NCBI RefSeq assembly: GCF_006345805.1
Contig: NC_043000.1
Span: forward strand, 17,298,001-17,362,000
Length of the DNA stretch: 64,000 nt
From: Octopus sinensis
Lineage: Eukaryota
Reading direction: 5' to 3'
Shown: positions 49,896 through 61,419 of the stretch, piece by piece
Numbering within the stretch: position 1 is the stretch's first letter
Layout of the letters: every line of letters begins with the position of its first letter
Notes under the pieces: generated by a model
What the model saw: the letters and a program-made list of their open reading frames with translations, nothing else
What the model was told of the DNA's origin: nothing
The model's database searches: none
Position numbers and translations under genes: made by a program

Positions 49896-50247
49896 TTTAA
49901 AAGTTTTCCTCAAACAAATTTTTGTTTCATTTTTGAAATTTTTTACCTCTTTTCAAGCATATAACAAGAGTGACAAATTGGAAAAAAATGAACAAATTTA
50001 TCTGACAAACAAAAAAATAACAGGGGTTATAAAAAAAAAATTTGAAAAAATATTTTTAAAAAAAGGGACCATGGCAGTGGGTGGAAAGTAATATATTGGT
50101 CCACAAATAGGGAAAGTGATCAAATGGCAAAATAGAGGGTCAGGAGAAAAGTTGATCAAATATTAACATAATGTACTTGATAACAAGGGATCGGGGACAA
50201 AAGAATATAAGAAAACAAAAGAATCTGAAAGGAGATCAAAGTTGATA

Positions 50248-50253
50248 TTTATT
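50248..50253 (-). terminator. Candidate ATG7 polyadenylation signal (AATAAA)
   Basis: First AATAAA I noticed on the minus strand, about 160 nt after the stop; sequence alone cannot show it is used. Confidence 0.25.
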
Positions 50254-50280
50254 TGGGGTTTTTTTTTCTTTTTATGTATG

Positions 50281-50311
<31 letters not shown>

Positions 50312-50412
50312 TTTCCTTTCTCGTTTGTGGCTGCTATCTTCTCTGATCTCCAATACAGAATTGTCATAGATGGCAGTTTACTTTCTGACAGGGAAAGTCC
50401 CTTGGTGAACCA

Positions 50413-50460
50413 TTACATAGAAGAACCAGTATCATCATCATCATCACTCAGTGACAAGAT
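50413..50460 (-). CDS. ATG7: ATG7 terminal coding exon: ILSLSDDDDDTGSSM-stop
   Basis: ctcttcttttcAG acceptor, in-frame acidic tail like other ATG7 C-termini, TAA stop. Confidence 0.85.
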   Translation of the reverse strand: MLSLSDDDDDTGSSM

Positions 50461-50689
50461 CTGAAAAGAAGAGATATAAAATTTATTTTTAAAAAATGCC
50501 ACACTCAAAATTATCATGCTTGTCGTTATTGTTATTGCTATTATTGTTGTTAGCACACCAGACAAAATGTTTGGAAGCATTTCATCCAGCTTTATGTCCA
50601 GAGTTCAAATTCTGCCAAAGTTGACTTTGCTTTTCATCCTTTAGAGGTCAATGAAATAAGTACCAATTACACAATTTGGTCAACCCTCC

Positions 50690-51145
50690 TCCACGGATAC
50701 ATTGAAACTGGGCATGGATACATTGAAACCCCGACGTCTGGCAGCTGACTTGGCAGACACCCATAAAATTATTAACCATCTTACAAACAATAAGTCTGAG
50801 CACCTTTTCAAACTCCACCTGTCTAACACCCGTGAACATGTTTACAAAGTCAGAAAACAGCACAGCTCCCATGACTTTCGGAAACATTTTTTCACGCTGA
50901 GAGTTGCTGAAGCATGGAAGAAACTACCGGCATCAGTTGTTAGTTGTCGGAGCACTGCATCCTTCAAAACTTCCATGCTTCCTGAGATTCGCCAACACTA
51001 CACCTGATTTTCTCCCCTCCATACACACGCAAGCATGTATCTGACTCATACACTGTTCACTTCCCAGGCATTTGTACATTACTGCATATGCTTTATACGC
51101 ACTTTTGACAAGTTGTGGTGCACCTGAGCACTGTATACAATAATC
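50690..51145 (+). mobile_element. CR1-group LINE 3' fragment (antisense in last ATG7 intron)
   Basis: LKPRRLAADL...HFFTLRVAEAWKKLP; tail ggtgcacctgagcactgta. Confidence 0.85.
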
Positions 51146-51224
51146 TCATTATATATTATTATAATTTTAGTCCTTGTGCTTATTGTAGAAAGGTTATTAT
51201 TACTACTCATATAAAGGTAGTGAT

Positions 51225-51775
51225 CTGGTAGAATTGTTAGCATGCCAGGCAAAATGCTTAGTGGGATTCCATCTGTCTTTATGTTCTGTGTTCAAATTCC
51301 ACTAAGGTCAACTTTGCCTTTCGTTCTTATGAGGTTGATAAAATAGTACCAGTTGAATATTGGGGTTGATGTAATTGAGGTTGTACAGTAGACAAGCCTG
51401 AAAGAGCATTGAGGAAAGACACTTCAGTCAAGTCCTCATCAACTTCTTTAAGTTCTGCTTGGAAAGGTAAGTGAAGGTGGAGAAGGATGTGCTACCTCTA
51501 AGTAAATTTGTGAAAAGATGGATAGTCATTGTCATCAACATCACTATTATTATTGGTGGTGAGTTGGCAGGTCATTCAGCAAAAACTGAACAGACATATG
51601 TCGTCTTCAAAGGGAGAATCCATCATCATCATTATTATTATTATTGAGGTCAACTTTGCCTTTCATCCTTTCAGGGTCAATAAATTAAGTACCAGTGAAA
51701 CATTTGGGTCAAAGTAATCGACTATCCCTCTCCCCCAATTTTCATGCCTTGTGCCTATAGTAGAAATGATTAATA
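51225..51775 (+). mobile_element. Two diverged SINE B variants
   Basis: gaggtcaactttgcctttc core. Confidence 0.65.
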
Positions 51776-51785
51776 TTATTATTAT

Positions 51786-52357
51786 TATTGGGTTGTCCGG
51801 AAAGTTTGTGCCGATTTATATATAGTAGCTTACCTTTTGACTTATTTTAGAACATGGTTGAGTCCATAAAATAGGATTTGACTACACCTCTATTTAGAGC
51901 ATAGTTTAAGCTATCTTTTCGTGGAAGAAGGTTTATGTTCCTATAACCTGTATTAAGCCTGTAACCCTTTAAAATGGAAGATAAGAAAGTTCATTTTCGG
52001 CACTTGATGCTTTGGGAACCAGACAAAAATTGCTGCAGCTCGGCTGGGATGTTACCCCACCCTCTATATTCACCAGATATTGCTTCTTCGGATTTCCACT
52101 TATTCAGGTCTCTGCAGAATAGTCTTAATGGTAAAAATTTCAATTCCTTGGATGACGTAAAAAGATACCTTGATGAATTCTCTGCCATGAAGCCACCTCA
52201 ATTCTGGGAAGAGGGTATTTTCAAGTTAAAGGAAAGATGGAGATGCATTGTGCAACAAAATGGTTCATATTTGGTTGATTAAAAATGTAATGGCAAGTAT
52301 TTATTGACCTTTTTCTTTCCTTCAAAAATCGGTACGAACTTTCCAAACAACCCAATA
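51786..52357 (+). mobile_element. mariner deletion-derivative MITE, TA TSD (second copy)
   Basis: Same TIRs and deletion junction as 40927-41479. Confidence 0.92.
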
Positions 52358-52675
52358 TTATTATTACTATTATAATAAGAGTGATGAATAAACAGAATCA
52401 CAAGGTACTGGTTGGTCAAGGGCTATAGGAGACACTTGCCCAAGGTGCCACACAGTGAGACTGAACCTGAAACCATGTGGTTGTGAAATAAATTTCTTAA
52501 ACATGTCTTTACCTGCTAAAATGCGCATGTGTGTCTGTTTGTCTGTCTGTCCGTCTATACGTGAGTGCAGGCATGGCTGTGCAGTTAAGTTCACTTCACA
52601 AGCTCATCATTTCAGGGAAACATTATCTATATTTCAATAGATGAAATATGATGCTTACATAGGGAATATACTTAC

Positions 52676-52795
52676 ATCAGCATCAATGGATTCCATTTGC
52701 ATCTGAGTCAGTCCAGTCAGGTCCTCGAGGAAGGAAGGGATATTGAAGGCCATGAATAAAAAGTCAAATCCATCTTTTTGGTAACTTTTGATCAC
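52676..52795 (-). CDS. ATG7: ATG7 exon: VIKSYQKDGFDFLFMAFNIPSFLEDLTGLTQMQMESIDAD
   Basis: 120 nt; long pyrimidine tract plus AG, GTAAGT donor; conserved GFxFL...FN...LEDLTGL. Confidence 0.95.
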
Positions 52796-52889
52796 CTGAT
52801 GAGTGAATGAGAAAGAGAGAGAATAAGAGAGAGTGTATAATACATGGACAGTATTTCTCTTGACATCTGATGCTCTTCTGCCTCATTCA

Positions 52890-53690
52890 TTATCTTCTTT
52901 TGTTACCATAGTTCTACTAAAATACACTGCCTCTGTTTCAGTTAATTTTGAAAATTATAAAGAATCTAGTAGCACTTAGTAAGAATTCTGAAATATACTG
53001 CCTTTATTTCAATTAATCTTGACATTTACAAAGAATTTAGGCAAATTTAGTAAAAATTCTACTGAAATACATGGACTTGTTTCAATTAATCTCAAAAATT
53101 TCAAAAAACCCTGTAACATTTGGTAAAAATTCTGAAATATACTGCTTTTGCTACAATTAATTTTGACAATTACAAATAATCAGTGCCGGTGGTACGTAAG
53201 AGAACCATCCGAACGTGGCTGTTGCCAGCGCCGCCCAGACTGGCCTCATGCCGGTGGCATGTAAAAAGCACCATCCAATTGTGGTCGTTTGCCAGCCTCG
53301 TCTGGCACATAAAAAGCACCCACTACACTTATGGAGTGGTTGGCATTAGGAAGAGCATCAAGCCGTAGAAACATTGCCAGATCAGACTGGGCCTGGTGCA
53401 GCATTCTGGCTTCCCAGACCCCAGTTGAACCGTCCAACCCATGCTAGCATGGAAAGCGGACGCTAAACGATGATTGAGTAAAAATTCAACTGAAATATGC
53501 TGTCTTTGTTTCAAATAATTTCGAAAGTTACAAAGAATTTAGTAAAATAACTTTGTCGTTATTACCTGGTGTTTTGAACAGAATTTAACATGAAATTTTG
53601 AAAAAAGGTTTTGATTTCGACAATTTTAAAATGAGAAGTTTGCATCATAGAACCAGGGCAGTCTTGGGTGGGTTGATTTCAAAAAGGATA
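52890..53690 (+). mobile_element. Degraded piggyBac-type MITE with a ~72-bp internal array, interrupted by an RTE 3'UTR copy (53181-53474)
   Basis: Units start at 52914, 52988, 53059, 53132 and resume after the insertion. Confidence 0.6.
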
Positions 53691-53979
53691 AACAGATGTG
53701 GAATGCAATGCAAAGAAGAAACTAGACTATCATGGTAAATAGCCTAGACTCCCTGGTATCATGGTAAATAGTCCAACAGCCAAAGAAATCTGAAATCATT
53801 TCCATCACTTCTCCACCCACCACCAACAACAACAACGTTGTTATAAAAAATGGTACTGTTGTCATTACCACAGGCTTTATCATGTCTTCTAAGCTGTGGC
53901 TTACATCAACAAATGTCAGGTGAAAGCAAACTAATGTTGATAATGGTGTTTACAACAACAAAGATAATAATGATGATGA

Positions 53980-56323
53980 AGTTTGCCAATGTCCTGCGCC
54001 GTGAGGATGAAAGACTTGAGGTATTTCGTGTTGCAAGACAGTGTGTGAGAGAGAATCGTGACGTGGTAGGAGAGAAATGTGTTCGCAAGGATGACGGTTC
54101 ACTTGCGCTAAATGAGGATGCAAAGAGAGAGGCTTGGAGACGCCACTATGAAAGGTTGCTGAATGAGGAAAATGAATGGGATAAAGAGAGTCTGCCGAAT
54201 GTCAACCCAACAGAGGGACCAGCAATCCGAGTTAACAGTTCCTTAGTAGTTAAGGCAATTACAAGCATGAAAACAGGCCCATCAGGAATTACTGCAGAGA
54301 TGCTCAAAATATCTGGTAGTGTCGGCTATAGCCTAGTCACCCGTATAGTTAATCAGGTGATACACGAAGGAGTCATACCCAATGACTGGTGTAGCAGCAT
54401 AATAGTCAACTGCTACAAAGGTAAAGGTGACGCCCTAGATACAAATAACTACAAGGGTATCAAACTGCTGGATCAGGTAATGAAGGTTACGGAGAGTGTT
54501 ATAGCCCAATTAATTAGAGAGAGAGTTAGCTTAGATGAGATGCAGTACTACTGATGCTATATTCCTGGTAAGACAGCTGCAGGAGAAATACCTAGCCAAA
54601 GATAAGCCCCTGTACCTGGCTTTTGTTGACATGGAGAAAGCCTTTGACAGGGTCCCCCAATCCCTTATCTGGTGGTCAATGAGGAAACTAGGGATAGATG
54701 AATGGTTAGTGAGAGCTGTGCGAGCCATGTACAGAGACGCTGCTAGTAAGGTGAGGGTTGGCAACAAGTACAGTGAAGAATTCCGGGTAGAGGTTGGGGT
54801 CCACCAAGGTTCAGTCCTCAGTCCCCTCCTATTTATCATAGTCCTCCAGGCAATAACGGAGGAATTCAAGACAGGATGCCCCTGGGAGCTCCTCTATGCT
54901 GATGACCTTGCTCTAATCGCTGAGTCACTATCAGAACTGGAGGAGAAGTTTCAGGTGTGGAAACAAGGATTAGAATCGAAGGGCCTTAGAATCAACCTAG
55001 CCAAAACCAAAGTCCTAATAAGTAGGAAGGTGGACCAATCACAAACGACTTCAGGTAGATAGCCCTGCTCGATCTGTAAAAAAGGTGTAGGTAGAAACTC
55101 TATAAGGTGCACCAAGTGTAAGCTATGGACACATAAGAGGTGCAGCAATGTCAAAGGAAGGCTAACTAGGAAAATAGTTTTTGTCTGTGGCAGATGCTCA
55201 GGAGCAATAAACACTGTAAATGTACAGAGACCAACTTCTACCACGTTCCAGGGAGACAAACTAGAAGTAGTTGATAGCTTCCGCTACCTAGGTGACCAAG
55301 TCGGTAGTAGGGGTGGGTGTGCTGAAAGTATAACTGCTAGAGTAAGAATAGCCTGGGCAAAGTTTAGAGAGCTCTTACCCCTGCTGGTGACAAAAGGCCT
55401 CTCGCTCAGAGTAAAAGGCAGACTGTATGATGCATGTGTACGTACAGCCATGCTACATGGTAGTGAAACATGGGCCGTGACTGCTGAGGATATGCGTAAG
55501 CTCGCAAGAAATGAAGCCAGTATGCTCCGATGGATGTGTAATGTCAGTGTTCATAATCGACAGAGTGTAAGTACCTTGAGAGAAAAGTTGAACCTAAGAA
55601 GCATCAGTTGTGGTGTGCAAGAGAGACGACTGCGCTGGTATGGTCATGTGACGAGAATGGCTGAAGATAGTTGTGTGCAAAAGTGCTACACCCTAGCAGT
55701 TGAGGGAACCTGTGGAAGAGGTAGACCCAGGAAAACCTGGGACGAGGTGGTGAAGCACGACCTTCGAACTTTAGGTCTCACCAAGGAAATGACTAGAGAC
55801 CAAGACCTATGGAAGTATGCTGTGCGTGAGAAGACCCGGCAAGACTAGTGAGGCCATAACCCGTGGCCCCTACCTGAGACGTAGTCAGTCCACCTGTGCA
55901 TACCTTCCTTCTTGGGACACTTGTGAAGACCTGTTGAGGCAAGTGAAAATCAAACCAAATCAAAACAGATGAACATCAATGGAATTTGTATCTTTGTGGT
56001 ACCAGTGCCGGTGGCACATAAGAAAACCATCCGAACGTGGCCGTAGCCAGTACCGCATCGACTGGCCTCCGTGCTGTGGGCACGTAACAAACACCATCCG
56101 AGCATGGCCGTTCGCCAGCCTTGTCTGGCACCTGTGTCGATGGCACATAAAATCACCCACTACACTCTCGGAGTGGTTGGTGTTAGGAAGGGCATCCAGC
56201 TGTAGAAACACTGCCAGATCTGACTGGCCTGGTGCAGCCTTTGGGCTCCCCAGACCCCAGTTGAACCGTCCAACCCATGCTAGCATGGAAAGCGGACGTT
56301 AAACGATGATGATGATGATGATG
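53980..56323 (+). mobile_element. 5'-truncated RTE-clade LINE, antisense in an ATG7 intron
   Basis: FVDMEKAFDRV, GVHQGSVLSPLLF, LYADD, GRGRPRKTW; one frameshifting deletion near 54548, premature stop at 55060; (GAT)n tail. Confidence 0.92.
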
Positions 56324-56640
56324 AAGATGACAGTGATAATTATGACACTGAAAAAAATGATGTTGATAATTATGAAGATGATGTTGATTGATGATGGCAA
56401 CAACAATGATGAAGTTGATAACGAAGACAATGATAATGATAACGAAGACAATGATAATTATAACGACAGCAATGATAAGTCTTAGATCTGACAGAAAAAT
56501 CTGAATACTAAAGGGTTAATAATGACAATGTTGATGAATGAGACTCTGGGAAATGATACCATGAATTGAACCAAGTACCAGTATATTACCGGTATCTAAT
56601 CACCCGTAAACTCACTCAAGGAATGAAAAGTAAAATATAG

Positions 56641-57040
56641 GTGGCTGTGTGGTAAGTAGCTTGCTAACCAACCACATGGTTTCGGGTTCAGTCCCACTGC
56701 GTGGCATCTTGGGCAAGTGTCTTCTGCTATAGCCCTGGGCCGACCAATGCCTTGTGAGTGGATTTGGTAGACGGAAACTGAAAGAAGCCTGTCATATATA
56801 TGTATATATATATGTGTGTTTGTGTGTCTGTGTTTGTCCCCCTAGCATTGCTTGACAACCGATGCTGGTGTGTTTACGTCCCCGTCACTTAGCGGTTCGG
56901 CAAAAGAGACCGATAGAAAAGTACTGGGCTTACAAAAAGAATAAGTCCCGGGGTCGATTTGCTCGACTAAAGGCGGTGCTCCAGCATGGCCGCAGTCAAA
57001 TGACTGAAACAAGTAAAAGAGTAAAAGAGAGAGTAAAGAG
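56641..57040 (+). mobile_element. SINE family A, 80 bp from the ATG7 57121-57201 exon
   Basis: Near-consensus family A copy. Confidence 0.92.
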
Positions 57041-57120
57041 AGTAGTTAGTGCTAGGAGGATTTTAAAATTACAAAACAACAAAATAATTGAAGTATTGAA
57101 AAACGGTTAAAAGAACTTAC

Positions 57121-57201
57121 TGTGTCTGAGCAACCTGTACACTTTTTGAATGCCCTGGCAGCTGGGAGTACAATATGATAATGAGAGAGAAACCCTCGAA
57201 T
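57121..57201 (-). CDS. ATG7: ATG7 exon: IRGFLSHYHIVLPAARAFKKCTGCSDT (27 codons, phase 0-0)
   Basis: 81 nt; cacAG acceptor, GTAAGT donor; matches the IRGFL...CTxCS segment of ATG7. Confidence 0.95.
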
Positions 57202-57308
57202 CTGTGAATCAAGCAACCCAAATGGATAGTTTTAATAATTAATCAACCACATATAGACATTGTAAAGAGAGTATATGTAAGTTTATGTAAAAGAGAGAGA
57301 GATTTGCT

Positions 57309-57357
<49 letters not shown>

Positions 57358-57380
57358 TTTATTTTAAGCAGCAGAAAATT

Positions 57381-57436
57381 CAACAAAATCTGTTACTCTG
57401 AGTTTCTCGTTGCCGTTCATCAGACAGTTTTTGCTA
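57381..57436 (-). ncRNA. Minimal type I hammerhead ribozyme-like motif in an ATG7 intron (sense)
   Basis: CTGT-CTGATGA-ACG GCAA CGA-GAAA-CTCAGAG-TA-ACAG: both core boxes, GUA triplet, stem I extendable past one mismatch; A.A mismatch at the base of stem II. Confidence 0.6.
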
Positions 57437-58102
57437 GAATGGAACCGATATATCAATTCAATCTAGACTCTTACAAGCGCTACACCTTTAAAAAAAATGG
57501 ACTTGTTTGATTGGCCCTTTAGAAAAAACGGTCAATCTTCGAGCGATAAACAAAAAGGTCAAAAATATATGTATATATATATATAAAAACTTATAAAAAT
57601 TATAAAATTTGAGGAAAAAACCTTACATTGAATAAAATACATATTGACGTTAATGAAGAAAGCATAATTAAAGCATAGAAATTAAAACCTATTATAAATA
57701 TTACACTGCAATACATATTTATATTAAAGTATACATATATATATCAACATACACAGAAGGATGCGTGCAAACGCCATACATATACAGACGTATAAATATA
57801 AATATAAAATATACACATAAATGCATGCGTACATATATGCACGCAATCCATCTCGCACGCAAGTTAAAATCATCTATGTAGCGATTCTCATATACTGAGT
57901 TAGGGGGATGTAAAGTTGCATCAGTATCAGTTGGAGAAAAAAAACGAAAGAAAGGAAGAGAGAGAAAAAGGAACGAAGAAGGGGGAAGGAAAAAAGAAAA
58001 AGGAGGGGTGGGGAAAAAAACGAAATAAGAAAAAATTATGTATACAAGCTGTGTAACGGCATTATTGACATATATGGAGACAAGTATATATATATATATA
58101 TC

Positions 58103-58530
58103 TATCAAGTCATCCCATAAGTTCTGTCTGAATTTTGAATAAAGAAAACAAGTGATAAATGTTATATTAATTGAAATTTAATCATCAATGTACTTTCCCT
58201 GATTATCCATGACTTCCTTCCATCTATTTACAAGCTTTTTAATCCCATCAATGTAAAACTCTTTTGGTTTCAAAGCAAAGAACTCTGAAATGTCAGTTTC
58301 GACCTCCTCCTGGCTTGCAAAAGTTATGTCCCCCAAATAATTCTGTAAACTACAACACAAATGGTAGTCAGAAGGAGCAAGGTTGGGAGAATAAGGTGGA
58401 TGAGGAATTTTTTCCCAACCAAGCTCTTCAATCTTCTGTGATGTGATCTTTGCAGTGTGGGGGTGTGCACTGCTCTGATAAAACATCACTCCTTTTAGAT
58501 TCACTAAAGCGGGTCTTTTTTTCTTCAAAG
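58103..58530 (-). mobile_element. mariner transposase 3' remnant with terminal repeat
   Basis: HPPYSPNLAPSDYHL motif (ORF 58178-58528). Confidence 0.88.
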
Positions 58531-58532
58531 TA

Positions 58533-58704
58533 CATATATACGACGGGCATCTTTCAGTTTCCGTCTACCAAATCCACTCACAAGGCTTTGGTCAGCCCGA
58601 GGCTATAGTAGAAGACACTTGTCCAAGGTGCTACGCAGTGGGACTGAACCCGGAACCATGTGGTTCGTAAGCAAGTTACTTACCACACAGCCACTCCTAT
58701 GCCT
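58533..58704 (-). mobile_element. SINE family A, 5' half
   Basis: Reverse complement of the head of 56641-57040. Confidence 0.9.
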
Positions 58705-59023
58705 ACTGCAAAACATGTAGAGAGGGTGTGTGTGTATACGCATAGATATGTAACTTTGCTTTACACCAAGTACAGCATGAAAACCCCTGCTACAACAGAT
58801 CTTTGACCAAGGGCATCTTAGCCAAGACCATCCAGTACATCAAAGACTACATCATCCAATGAGTCCATCTTTTTTGTTTTTACAATGAAAGAGTGTGAGC
58901 AACCATGAAGTATCTTTTCCATTGGACCGTGCATTCATATGTGGTGGGAGGGAGAGAAAAAGAGAAAAACATAAACAAAGAATGTGCTTTCTACAAGCAA
59001 AAATAAGAAACTCAATAGCTCAC

Positions 59024-59105
59024 CTGATGAGGAACTATTCCAAGGCAGGATTCCGATTCACTTTGGAAATCCGAATCAGTACTGGTACAAGCTGGTGCCT
59101 TTAGC
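59024..59105 (-). CDS. ATG7: ATG7 exon: (R)LKAPACTSTDSDFQSESESCLGIVPHQ
   Basis: 82 nt completing the phase-2 codon of the previous exon; caacAG acceptor, GTGAG donor; conserved LGIVPHQ. Confidence 0.93.
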
Positions 59106-59591
59106 CTGTTGATGTATAATAATATATATGGAGAATATATTCAATATATAAAATATAGATATACAATAGTTGAGTGCAACACTCAAAAAGACCAAGTCAT
59201 CAAACATAATGCTACAAAACATGTGTGTGTAAGAGAGAGAGAAAATGACAACAAAGTGTCTAAGTTTGTTGTTGTTGTTTAGCCCCAGGGCAGGTGTCTT
59301 CAAGTATTATTAAGATCAAAGTGTTCCACCTATGACCAGCCCATCTTATTTTCAGATGTATCAATGTATCCAGAACTACATTGTCTGATGTGTTCTTCCA
59401 CCTTTAAGATGCTATACTATGATTTAAGAGGAATTTGGCTGCTAATTTTAACAAGGTATATGACCACAGGGAAGCTCCTGCTTTAGTTCAAGATCGTCTA
59501 AGTGCAAGGTAAAATTACCTCATGATAGGTGAGACCAGCTTACTGGTTTTTAGGGTAACTTCATCACTCTTAGAGGCCCTAAAAAAAAATA

Positions 59592-59969
59592 TCCTCTGTG
59601 TGAAAAGTCTGGCTGCATACACGTTAGCATATGTCAGGTGCATACAATTGACAACACAGTTAATTAAGATTTATTCAGTGAGTTCTATTCAACACATGTC
59701 TACACGTGGAATTAGCAGAATCATTATTAACTTTAGATAGCTCGCAGGCGAGGTGAACAAATCAGTGAGGCACGAATTGCATGAAGCCGTCTTGCAGTCT
59801 TGGGAAGAGCTGAGCAGAAAATTCGTGGATGTATTCAACATCAAACTCGTGTTCGGCGTCAAATAGTTGACTGTCGTGGTGGTAACAGATTCATGTAATA
59901 AATTTTGTGTTTATTTTTGTTTCATAATATATATTTTTTCGGATGCAGCCAGACTTTTCACACGTAGGG
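59592..59969 (+). mobile_element. Tc1-type MITE, TA TSD
   Basis: TIR gtgtgaaaagtctggctgcat at both ends; interior holds a Tc1 C-terminal remnant (ELHEAVLQSWEEL...VDCRGG). Confidence 0.75.
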
Positions 59970-60559
59970 TACAAGAATCACAGGGTTGTCCTTACCTCCT
60001 TGACTAAGAGGTACAAACAAATGCCCAGATGAAAATGGTACCCACTTTGTATTAAGGACTTAACTTCTATATAATAAAGTGTATTGCCCCAGAGGCATTA
60101 TGATAAGATAAATCTAATTCAGTTTAGAAGAAGCCAGTCAATTCAGGTGAAGCAAGATAACATTTCCAGACGATTCACTCCAGGGACTCTCTAATACAAA
60201 ACATTCCTCCTTGGATAGAACACTGGTGCATAATTGACATTTCTATAGATCTGGTACATATTTTAATCATTGAAGGAATTGAGGAAGTTTCAGCCAGTAG
60301 CTATCCATCCTGCTTTGTTCATTTTACACTATGTTGGCGGAGTCAGGTTATAGTTTCAATAAACCTTTACCTTAGATGTTTGTTGATTTGAGAATTTCTA
60401 TGCTTTGAAGCAACTATGCTTCAGAAGACTCTAACTCATACAAATATGAGAAAAATAATGCCAAACCTCACTACATCTCTACAAGAGTGTATCACTAATG
60501 ATTTCTTTCTCAATCATTCAAATCTCACAGAGGTCTAAAAAAAAAATAATAATAATAAT

Positions 60560-61135
60560 AATTGTGTACAGTGCTCAGGTGCACTACAACTCATCTAAAG
60601 TGTATATATAATCAGGTGTAGTTTCGGCGGATTTCGGAAAGCATGAGGGCCTTAAAGGATGCAGTGTCATGGCAGTCAACAACTGACGCAGGCAGTTTAT
60701 TCCATGCTTCAGCAACTCTGAGCGTGAAAAAATGTTTCCGAAAGTCATGGGAGCTGTGTTGTTTTCTGACTTTGTAGGCATGTCCACATGTGTTAGACAC
60801 ATGGAGATCAAAAAGGTGTTCAGTGTTGTTGTTGGTGAGGTGGTTGATAACTTTGTGGGTGTTTACCAAGTCCGTCGCCAGATGCCGGAGCTTCAGTGAA
60901 TCCATGCCCAGGGAAACAAGGTGCTCAGAATATGGTAGGTGTCTGATGGAGGGTATGCATTTGGTTGCACGTCTCTGGACAGATTCCAGGAGGTCAATGT
61001 TCTGAGCAAGATAGGGGTTCCAAACTGATGATGCGAATTCCAAGTGTGGTCGTACCATAGCTGTATACAGTTTTAAATAGATGGCTGGAGAGCGGCTAAC
61101 AAAAGTCTTGCTGAGTGATGCCAAGACACCCTTTG
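60560..61135 (-). mobile_element. CR1-group LINE 3' fragment (same family as 50690-51145, opposite strand)
   Basis: ORF 60612-61124: LYTAMVRPHLEFASSVWNP...HFFTLRVAEAWNKLP. Confidence 0.88.
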
Positions 61136-61419
61136 TCTACTTTGTCTTTCTTTGTTCCAGGATCAATAACATAAGTACCAGATAAGTAAGTGGGGGGGAG
61201 GGCGTATATTTGACTGTTTCCTGCCCTCGAAATTTCTGACAGAGAAAGAGAAAGTGCCCATAGCCTCCTTTCTCATAAGGTTAAAGTTGATGGAGTTGAT
61301 GTTCAAATAGAACTTCCACAAAATCAGCTGAGAAAATATGGGAATAGAGGAGTATATTTCTATATGTAACATCATATGACAGAGTACTACATTCTGTATT
61401 TGAGACTCCATTAGAAAAC

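Noticed and set aside
1-50200. Additional host exons
   Set aside because: I found no splice-bounded, protein-like segments; short exons or ncRNA could have been missed by eye.
57185-57215. Penelope-like repeat (gaaaccctcgaatc resembles 27420 region)
   Set aside because: It is the IRGFL start of an ATG7 exon with proper splice sites.
59020-59045. CTGATGA as a hammerhead core (also 52796)
   Set aside because: These are ATG7 exon or splice-site sequence on the other strand, with no stem II plus GAAA.
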